Positions 1 through 7,069 of a stretch of DNA of 64,000 nt are shown here, piece after piece; within the stretch, counting starts at the first letter, position 1, and every line of letters starts with the position of its first letter. The notes below the pieces were generated by a model that was given only the letters and a program-made list of their open reading frames with translations, made no database searches and was not told where the DNA came from. The DNA is from Elusimicrobiota bacterium (lineage in GTDB: Bacteria > Elusimicrobiota > Elusimicrobia > UBA1565), in assembly GCA_016218495.1 (NCBI GenBank), contig JACRDU010000162.1, forward strand, positions 1 through 64,000, in the 5' to 3' direction. The translations under genes and the position numbers were made by a program.

Positions 1-77
1 TCGGCGCGGGTAGCGCCGACCCCGAGCGGACCCCCGCGGGGTTCGCTCGATCCTTTGGGGGCCCTCCGCCGTGCCTC

Positions 78-133
78 TTTCAGGCTCATTCTGTGTTGGA
101 ATCGCCCGGATTTCAGGCTCATTCTGTATTGGA
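78..133. repeat. 23-bp direct repeat TTTCAGGCTCATTCTGT(G/A)TTGGA x2 (78-100 and 111-133, 1 mismatch, 33 bp start-to-start) in the leader of the SPFH gene
   Basis: Read directly from the sequence. Lies 50-100 bp upstream of the ATG at 182. Confidence 0.8.
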
Positions 134-181
134 CAAGTCTCACCCTAGACAGCCCCCCCTCACAGTCGCTATCCTGCGCGC

Positions 182-1105
182 ATGGCCTATATCATCTTCG
201 CCGTGCTCGTCGCCGGAATCGTCATGTCCCTCATGAGCGGACGCTTCATGGACAAAGGCCGCATCGACCCCGAGGCGTTCTCCCACACCCTGCGCACGGT
301 GCTGGGGACCGCCCTCGTCATCGGCGTCTTCCTCGCCATCGTGACCCAGTCCGTCGTCGTCATCCCTCCGGGCTACCGCGGAGTCGTCTTCAACCGCATC
401 TCCGGCGTCCGGCAGCAGCCCCAGGACGAGGGCATCAACTTCGTGATGCCCTTCGTCGAGCAGGTCATCGTGCTCGACATCAGGGTGCAGAAGGATTCCT
501 ACGACGCCACGGCCGCCTCGAAGGACATGCAGACCGTCCATACCAAGGTGGCCCTCAACTACCACCCCAAGGCCGAGGCGACCCCTCGGCTCCTGCAGGA
601 GGTCGGGCCGCAGTACTCCGAGCGCCTGATCCACCCCGCCGTGCAAGAAGCGGTGAAGGCGACGACGGCCCGCTTCACGGCCGAGGAGCTCATCACGCGG
701 CGCGAGGACGTGAAGATGCTCATCAAGGAGCTCGTCGAGAAGCAGGTGTCCCCCCACAACATCAAGGTGGACGAGCTCTACATCACCGACTTCGACTTCT
801 CCCGGCAGTTCGCCGAGTCGATCGAGGCCAAGCAGATCGCCGAGCAGACGGCGCTCAAGGCCAAACGCGACCTGGACCGCATCAAGATCGAGGCGGAGCA
901 GAAGGTGGCCACGGCCCGCGCCGAGGCGGAGTCCCTCCGGATGCAGAAGGAGGCCATCACGCCTCAGCTCATCCAGCTCCGCCAGGTCGACGCCCAGAAG
1001 CTGGCCATCGAGAAGTGGGACGGGAAGATGCCGTCCGTCATCATGGGCGGCGGGGCGATGCCCCTGCTCGACCTCAATTCCCTGACCCAGCGCCCGCCGC
1101 GCTGA
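182..1105 (+). CDS. SPFH / band-7 (prohibitin/HflC-like) membrane protein
   Basis: 307-aa ORF with an N-terminal TM helix (IIFAVLVAGIVMSLM), an SPFH core (PPGYRGVVFNRISGV...INFVMPFVEQVIVLDIRVQ) and a C-terminal coiled-coil, Ala/Glu/Lys-rich tail typical of prohibitin/HflK/C. Confidence 0.8.
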   Translation: MAYIIFAVLVAGIVMSLMSGRFMDKGRIDPEAFSHTLRTVLGTALVIGVFLAIVTQSVVVIPPGYRGVVFNRISGVRQQPQDEGINFVMPFVEQVIVLDIRVQKDSYDATAASKDMQTVHTKVALNYHPKAEATPRLLQEVGPQYSERLIHPAVQEAVKATTARFTAEELITRREDVKMLIKELVEKQVSPHNIKVDELYITDFDFSRQFAESIEAKQIAEQTALKAKRDLDRIKIEAEQKVATARAEAESLRMQKEAITPQLIQLRQVDAQKLAIEKWDGKMPSVIMGGGAMPLLDLNSLTQRPPR

Positions 1106-1114
1106 GGCGGGCCC

Positions 1115-2833
1115 TCAGGGCCGGACCGGCGGGGTCCTCACCGAGGTCTCGGTCTCGTTGATCCCCATCATGCGCAGGAACGCCTCGCCGAGCTCGGGAT
1201 CGATGCGCCGCCGGTTGATGTCGCGCCCGATCTCCCCGAGGGCGGCCTCCGAGGTCCATGCGTCCCGGTAGGGACGCCAGCAGGTCAGCGTCTCATAGGT
1301 CTCGACGACGCGGATGATCCTTCCGACCAGGGCTATGTCCGCCCCTTTGAGCCCCCTCGGATAGCCGGAACCGTCGAAGTTCTCATGGTGTTGGAGGATG
1401 CCCTGAAGGACCTCGGGGCTGACCGGGACCTTGATTTCCTTGAGGACCTGCGGAGCCGCGGTCACATGCGACCGGACCAGGTCCTGGTCGGAGGCGGGCA
1501 GGTCCGACAGGGCCCCGTCGTAGTTGAGCAGATGCTCGGGGACGGTCCGCTTGCCCACGTCGTGCAGGTAGCCGGCGAGGAAGGCATGTCTCACCTGCCC
1601 CTCCTCGAGGCCGATGAAATCGGCCAGCCCGGCGGCCAACGCCGCGACCGATTGGCCGTGGCCGAGGATGCCTTCGGAGGCCTCGATGCAGAGGAGCCAC
1701 TCCTCGGGCACCCCCACCTCTTTGACCAGGCGCCGGGACAGCTCGACCACCCGGCTCGGCAGGGGGCGGCCTTCCGCGACGAAGTCCCTGAGGCCCAGCA
1801 GCTCGTAGGCGGCGACGCGCTGCTGCTTGCCCTTGATGCGTATGGACGAACGGTCCTCCCCGGTCAGGAGGGTGGCAGCCATCGCCTTCTCGAAAGGAAG
1901 GTTGTCGGGGTCGAGCTCATGCGCCTGCCGGTGGAAGCGCAGGGCCTGCTCCATGTCTCCGAGCTGCGAGCAGACATCGGCCGCTTCCGCGCACATCTTG
2001 GCCGTGGGGCTCTGCGTCATCGCCTCCTTGAGGAGGGCGAGCTTCGCCTCCAGGCCCTTCGCCTCCTCGGGCGTCAGGCCCACGCGCACCCGACGGGTCC
2101 GGAACCAGCGCTGCACGGCCTGATGGACCTCCTCATCGATCCAGATGCCGCCCGGCGGAGCTATCTGCTGGAGCCGGGCGGCCAGATTGACCTTGTCTCC
2201 GATGGCGGTGAAGTTCTTCCGGCTGCCGGAACCCATGAGTCCGACCAGGATGGGGCCGCTGGCCAGCCCGATGCGCATCTTCCATGGGAACTGCCAATCC
2301 GCCATCCTCTCCTGCATGCGCACGGCCGCCAGCGCCGCCATCAAGGCGTGGTTCAAGGAGGCGTATGGCACGCCGAACTCCGCCATCAGGGCATCGCCCA
2401 TGTATTTGTCCAGATGGCCGCGGAAGCGCTTCAGGACGGGCTCCATCGCCGAGAAGAGGACGTCGAGCTCATCGATGAGGGCTTCGGGCGGCATGTTCTC
2501 CGCCGCCGTGGTGAATGCGACGAGGTCGGCGAACATCATCGTCGCCCGCTTCTTCTGGGGGCCGGCCTTCGCCTCGAGGACGAGCTTGGCGACCAGGGGG
2601 TCCATCGCGATGCCCAGAGCCCTCTCGATGGAGCGCTTCTCGCGCTCGAGGGCCTGTACCTTGTCGACGACGGAGCCCGGAACCTCGGGAGGCGGGGCGG
2701 ACGCCGCGGGCGCGGGAGCCGACGCCTGCGCCGCCGACGCGGAGCGCCGTTCGATGGCGCCCACCACCATGTCGGCGAACGACTCCGCCAAGCGTTCCAC
2801 CTGAGCGCGCAGAGAGTCCCTCAGACGAGACAT
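1115..2833 (-). CDS. class III nucleotidyl (adenylate/guanylate) cyclase domain fused to an HD-GYP phosphohydrolase domain
   Basis: 572 aa. N-terminal coiled coil. CHD motifs FADLVAFT, KYMGDALMAEFG, GDKVNLAARL. C-terminal HD-GYP signature HDVGK ... HHENFDGSGYP. Convergent with the SPFH gene. Confidence 0.8.
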   Translation of the reverse strand: MSRLRDSLRAQVERLAESFADMVVGAIERRSASAAQASAPAPAASAPPPEVPGSVVDKVQALEREKRSIERALGIAMDPLVAKLVLEAKAGPQKKRATMMFADLVAFTTAAENMPPEALIDELDVLFSAMEPVLKRFRGHLDKYMGDALMAEFGVPYASLNHALMAALAAVRMQERMADWQFPWKMRIGLASGPILVGLMGSGSRKNFTAIGDKVNLAARLQQIAPPGGIWIDEEVHQAVQRWFRTRRVRVGLTPEEAKGLEAKLALLKEAMTQSPTAKMCAEAADVCSQLGDMEQALRFHRQAHELDPDNLPFEKAMAATLLTGEDRSSIRIKGKQQRVAAYELLGLRDFVAEGRPLPSRVVELSRRLVKEVGVPEEWLLCIEASEGILGHGQSVAALAAGLADFIGLEEGQVRHAFLAGYLHDVGKRTVPEHLLNYDGALSDLPASDQDLVRSHVTAAPQVLKEIKVPVSPEVLQGILQHHENFDGSGYPRGLKGADIALVGRIIRVVETYETLTCWRPYRDAWTSEAALGEIGRDINRRRIDPELGEAFLRMMGINETETSVRTPPVRP

Positions 2834-2888
2834 GTCTTAGGGAAGCTTAGGCGGGAAGTCCCGGGGCATCAACAGCGGGGCGCTGCGC

Positions 2889-3503
2889 TCAGGCTGCCGG
2901 CGGCAGCCGGGGTTCCCGGCTCATCAGCGCGCGCATCGCCGCCTCGTTGACGATGACGATGACGCTGCATTCCGCGTTGAGGCGCTCGGAATGGAGCTGC
3001 ATGTGGGCCAGCAGGAGGGTGTCTTTGCGGCCGTCGTAATCCTCGAGGGCGGCGCCGGTCAGCTCGGCCTTCGTCCCCTGCCCGACCTCCGGGACGGAGA
3101 GGATGATGGCCACGCCATAACGGTCCGACAAGGCCGCCAGCACGTTCTGCGCCAGGATGTTGCCCACCTCGCCGATGGTCGAGCAGAGCAGGTCCGCGAC
3201 GTTCCCCAGCCCGGCGCGGTAGGGCTTGGTGACGGCCTCGGTGACTGAGCGGGCGCTCTCCTCGGAGAACAGGATCAGCAGCTCGAGCGGCGTCTCGCTG
3301 GTGGAGCGGAAGTGGGCGGAGACATGGTCCTGCTGGTTGTGGGCGAACCAGGAGAGGACCCGGACCGGGGACATCTCCTGCGTGTCGGAGAAATTGACCC
3401 CCCACTCGGTCTGCGACATGTCCCCGAGCCGCTCGGTGCCGGATTCGACGCCGGCCTGGATGAGGCCGACGATCATGTCGCGCTCCGGAGGCTGGAGCGT
3501 CAC
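2889..3503 (-). CDS. CheC/CheX-family CheY-P phosphatase-like protein
   Basis: 204 aa. Exact CheC-family active-site spacing S-x3-E-x2-N-x22-P in STIGEVGNILAQNVLAALSDRYGVAIILSVP. Only one such site, so it is CheX-like. Start ATG overlaps the cheY-like stop (ATGA). Confidence 0.6.
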   Translation of the reverse strand: MTLQPPERDMIVGLIQAGVESGTERLGDMSQTEWGVNFSDTQEMSPVRVLSWFAHNQQDHVSAHFRSTSETPLELLILFSEESARSVTEAVTKPYRAGLGNVADLLCSTIGEVGNILAQNVLAALSDRYGVAIILSVPEVGQGTKAELTGAALEDYDGRKDTLLLAHMQLHSERLNAECSVIVIVNEAAMRALMSREPRLPPAA

Positions 3504-3865
3504 GGCGCGGTTCCCGGGCCCTCGAAGAGCCTCTTGAAGGTCTTGAAGTTGAACGGCTTCAGGACGACCCGCAGGGCGCCGAGGGACAACGCCTCGACCT
3601 CGAGGGCGCGGGCGTTGTTGCCCGTGATCACGATCACCCTTGCGGCAGGGTCGAAGGCCCGGATGCGCTTGAGTACTTCGAGGCCGTTGATGTCCGGCAG
3701 GGAGATGTCCAACGTGACGAAATCCGGCCGTTGCGCCATATAGGCCGCCAGGGCCGCCTCGCCCGTGCCGGCCTCGGCCACGACCTGGTAGCCCATGGCG
3801 TCGAAGAGCACGCGGAGCATGCCGCGCAGGACTTCGTTGTCGTCGACGACGAGGACCCGGGTCAG
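3500..3865 (-). CDS. CheY-like single-domain response-regulator receiver (N-terminus extends upstream of the ATG at 3820, likely non-canonical CTG start at 3865)
   Basis: Receiver motifs LVVDD (encoded upstream of ATG 3820), phospho-acceptor in VTLDISLP, T in VIVITG, K in VLKPF. The frame is open to 3865 with no ATG/GTG/TTG upstream. CTG at 3865-3863 is preceded by GGGGA at 4 nt spacing. Confidence 0.65.
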   Translation of the reverse strand: MTRVLVVDDNEVLRGMLRVLFDAMGYQVVAEAGTGEAALAAYMAQRPDFVTLDISLPDINGLEVLKRIRAFDPAARVIVITGNNARALEVEALSLGALRVVLKPFNFKTFKRLFEGPGTAP

Positions 3866-5061
3866 ACTATCCCCAATTCCTTGCCCACCTTGGCGAACGC
3901 CTTCAGCGCCGTCTCCAGGTCCCCATAGGTGTGTCCGGCGCTGACGATGGTCCTCAGGCGCTCCTTGCCTTTGCCGACCGTCGGGAAGCCGATGGCCAGG
4001 GCGAAGACGCCCTCCTCGAAGAGGCGCTGGCTGAAGCGCTTCGCCTTCGAGGTGTCTCCGACCATGACGGGCGTTATCGGGGTCTCCGAGGCGCCCGTGT
4101 CGAAGCCCAGCGCCTTGAGGCCCCTCTTGAAGTGCTCCGCGTTCTTCCAGAGCCGCTCGATGTGGGACGGCTCGGACTCGAGGATGTCCAATACGGCCAG
4201 ACAGGTCGCCGTCACCGACGGGGGGTGCGACGAGGAGAACAGGAACGGGCGGGCGGTGGACACCAGGTAGTCGCGCAGGGACTGCGCGCCGGCCACGTAG
4301 CCGCCGATCGCCGCGACGGCCTTGGAGAGCGTGCCAATCTGGATCTGCGTGCGGTCGGTCAGGCCGAAGTGGGACGGGGTCCCGGCGCCGTTCTTGCCGA
4401 GCACGCCGGAGGCATGGGCGTCGTCGACCATCACGAAGGCGTCGTACTTGTCGGCGAGGTCTTGGATGGCCGGCAGCGGCGCGATGTCGCCGTCCATGGA
4501 GAAGACCCCGTCGGTGACGACCATCCGGCGGCGGGCCTTGCGCGCCTCGGGGGAGGACAGGACGGCCTCGAGGGCCCTCATGTCCTTGTGGGGGTAGATC
4601 TTCCGGGCCGACTTGGCCAGGCGCCCCCCGTCGATGATGGACGCGTGGTTCAGCTCGTCGGAGACGAGCAGGTCCTGGTCGCTGGTCATCAGGCTCTGGC
4701 AGAGGGCGACGTTCGTGGCGAAGCCGGACTGGAAGACCAGGGAGGCCTGGGTGCCCTTGAAGCGCGCCAGGCGCTCCTCCAGCGTCTGGTGGATGTCCAT
4801 CGTCCCGATGATGGAACGCACGGCGGCCGTGCCCACGCCGTAGCGGTCGATCGCGGCCTTCGCCGCCGCCTTGACCTTGGGATGGGTGGTGAAGGCCAGA
4901 TAGTTGTTCGAGGTCAGGTTGACGACGCGCTTGCCGTCGACGACGGACACCGGGTCCTGGCCTCCCTGCAGGATGCGCAAGGTGATGCGCCGGCCTTCGC
5001 GCTCGAGGGCCGACACCTCTTCGTCGAGGAAGGACATGATGTTCTTCGCGCCGGCGGTCAT
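3862..5061 (-). CDS. kbl: 2-amino-3-ketobutyrate CoA ligase (glycine C-acetyltransferase), PLP-dependent
   Basis: 399 aa, class-II aminotransferase/AONS family (SMDGD, TLSKA). Immediately downstream of tdh with a 4-nt overlap. Confidence 0.9.
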   Translation of the reverse strand: MTAGAKNIMSFLDEEVSALEREGRRITLRILQGGQDPVSVVDGKRVVNLTSNNYLAFTTHPKVKAAAKAAIDRYGVGTAAVRSIIGTMDIHQTLEERLARFKGTQASLVFQSGFATNVALCQSLMTSDQDLLVSDELNHASIIDGGRLAKSARKIYPHKDMRALEAVLSSPEARKARRRMVVTDGVFSMDGDIAPLPAIQDLADKYDAFVMVDDAHASGVLGKNGAGTPSHFGLTDRTQIQIGTLSKAVAAIGGYVAGAQSLRDYLVSTARPFLFSSSHPPSVTATCLAVLDILESEPSHIERLWKNAEHFKRGLKALGFDTGASETPITPVMVGDTSKAKRFSQRLFEEGVFALAIGFPTVGKGKERLRTIVSAGHTYGDLETALKAFAKVGKELGIV

Positions 5062-6098
5062 ACTCCTCCGATTTCGAAGACGACCTTTCCGCAGTTCTTG
5101 GCCTTGGCGTTCATCACGGCGAAGCCCTTCTTGAACCGCCTGAGCGGGAACCGGTGCGTGACGACCGGCCGGGGGTCGAGCGTCCTAGAGCGCAGGAGCG
5201 CGTCCGTCGTATACCAGGTCTTGAAGACCTCGCGCCCGGCGATGCCCATGATGCGCACGCCCTTGAAGACCACGTCGTTGGCCCAATCGATGGAGAGCTC
5301 GCGCGGCGGGATGCCGAAGGCGCTCAGGCGCCCTCCGGAACGGACCGCCTTGAGGCCGAGCTCGATGGCGGGCGGGGCCCCCGACATCTCCAGCACGATG
5401 TCGAGCGCCCCGTCGGAGGCCTTCTCGATCTTGGCGCGCAGGGCCGGGTCGTTGGGCGACAGGACCAGGTCCGCCCCCATCCTCTTGGCCATCCGCATCC
5501 GGTACGGCGCCCCCTCCACCGCGATGACGGGCTTCGCGCCGCCCGCCTTCGCCGCGCCGATGGCGAAGAGCCCCTGGGGCCCGCAGCCCAGGACCATCAC
5601 GGACTTGCCCACGACCTCCTCGCAGAGGGCCGCATAGACGGCGTTGCCGATCGGCTCGAGGAGGGAGGCCACCGGCGCCAGCGAGCGGTCCTTATGCTTC
5701 CAGGCGCAGCGCGCCGGGACCCGCGCGTACTCCCCGAAGCCCCCGGGCGTGTCGATGCCGAGGATCTTGAGGTTGCGGCAGACGTGGCGCTGTCCGTTGC
5801 GGCACTGGGTGCAGAGCCCGCAATAGACGTGGGACTCCACCGAGATCAGGTCGCCCCTATGGAAGTCCCGCGTGGCGGAGCCCGCTTCGACGACGGTGCC
5901 GCAGAATTCGTGCCCGAAGACCATCGGCAGCCGCAGGCGCTTGGGCGCCCAGGCGGTCCAGTTGTAGATGGGCAGGTCCGAGCCGCAGATGGAGGCCCGC
6001 TCGACCTTGATGAGGAGCTCGTCGGCGGCGATGCGGGGAACGTCCATGCGGACGAGGTCCGCGCCGGGTCCGGGCTTGGTCTTGGAGAGGGCTAGCAT
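5058..6098 (-). CDS. tdh: L-threonine 3-dehydrogenase (Zn-dependent MDR family)
   Basis: 346 aa. Zn-ADH motifs GHEFCG, CGxCxxC (CGLCTQCRNG). Rossmann GCGPQG. Classic tdh-kbl pairing. Confidence 0.9.
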   Translation of the reverse strand: MLALSKTKPGPGADLVRMDVPRIAADELLIKVERASICGSDLPIYNWTAWAPKRLRLPMVFGHEFCGTVVEAGSATRDFHRGDLISVESHVYCGLCTQCRNGQRHVCRNLKILGIDTPGGFGEYARVPARCAWKHKDRSLAPVASLLEPIGNAVYAALCEEVVGKSVMVLGCGPQGLFAIGAAKAGGAKPVIAVEGAPYRMRMAKRMGADLVLSPNDPALRAKIEKASDGALDIVLEMSGAPPAIELGLKAVRSGGRLSAFGIPPRELSIDWANDVVFKGVRIMGIAGREVFKTWYTTDALLRSRTLDPRPVVTHRFPLRRFKKGFAVMNAKAKNCGKVVFEIGGV

Positions 6099-6101
6099 GG
6101 G

Positions 6102-6950
6102 TTATCCCTTGAAGAAGCTCTTGGCGACGAAGAGGACGTTCTCTTTGCGCTCGCGCAGGCGGCGGTAGAAGTAAGGGAACCAGTGCGCGCCGTACGGGAC
6201 GTAGACGCGCATGCCCAGGCCCTGCCCCGCCAGCTCGGTCCAGCGCCGGGCGCGCAGGCCGTAGAGCATCTGGAATTCATAGCGGTCCGCCGGGATCTTC
6301 TTCGCCTTCGCGTGGGCGAGGACGGCCGCAATGCGGGCGTCGTCGTGGGTGGCGATGGCCGGAAACGGCCCGTTGTCGAGCAGGTCGCGCGCCACGGCGT
6401 CGTAGTTCGCGTTGACCTCCTCCTTCTGAGCGAAGGCGACCTCGGAGGGCTCCTTGTAGGCGCCCTTGCACAGGCGGACCTTGACGCCCGCCTTGGACAG
6501 CAGCGCCGCGTCGCCGACCGTGCGCCGGAGCATCGCCTGCAGCACCGTCCCGACGTTCCCGAAGGACTTATGGGCGTCGAGCACGAGGTCCAGCGTCGCC
6601 TGGGTCCAGGCCGAGCCCTCCATGTCCACGCGCACGAAGTTCCCGCGGCGCTTGGCCTCTTCGAGGACCCGGCCGAGGTTGCGCTTGGCCACCGCCGTCC
6701 CGAGGTTCAGGCCGAACTGGGTCAGCTTGAGGCTGACGTTGGCGTCGACCCCGGACTCGTGGATGGCGGAGAGGAGACGGACGTACTCGTCGGCCGCCGC
6801 GGAGGCCTGAGACTCGTCCTCCGTGTCCTCCCCCAGGAAATCCAGGGTGGCCCTGAGCCCCTTCTTGTTGAGCTTCTTGACGGCGGCGACGGACTCCGCC
6901 GTCGTCTCGCCGGCGACGAACCGCCTAGCCAGGAAAGTGAGCGCGCGCAT
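6102..6950 (-). CDS. monofunctional proline dehydrogenase (PutA-type ProDH domain)
   Basis: Motifs VKVRLCKGAY and YEFQMLYG. I prefer the start at MRALTFLARRF (6950) over the upstream ATG 7028 of the longest ORF. Confidence 0.75.
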   Translation of the reverse strand: MRALTFLARRFVAGETTAESVAAVKKLNKKGLRATLDFLGEDTEDESQASAAADEYVRLLSAIHESGVDANVSLKLTQFGLNLGTAVAKRNLGRVLEEAKRRGNFVRVDMEGSAWTQATLDLVLDAHKSFGNVGTVLQAMLRRTVGDAALLSKAGVKVRLCKGAYKEPSEVAFAQKEEVNANYDAVARDLLDNGPFPAIATHDDARIAAVLAHAKAKKIPADRYEFQMLYGLRARRWTELAGQGLGMRVYVPYGAHWFPYFYRRLRERKENVLFVAKSFFKG

Positions 6951-7069
6951 GCCCCTTTCTACCAAATTCCGATGGATTCCATCGCCGGCCCCTCTGGGTC
7001 CTAGGGCCCAGGACCATGCTGGGCCCATGGATGGTACCGCTTGGGACCTTGGCGCCCTATGCTCTGGGC

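Noticed and set aside
55-1161. 368-aa plus-strand ORF overlapping the SPFH gene in another frame
   Set aside because: Arg/Pro/Gly/His-rich composition typical of off-frame ORFs in 70% GC DNA. The SPFH frame has clear family motifs.
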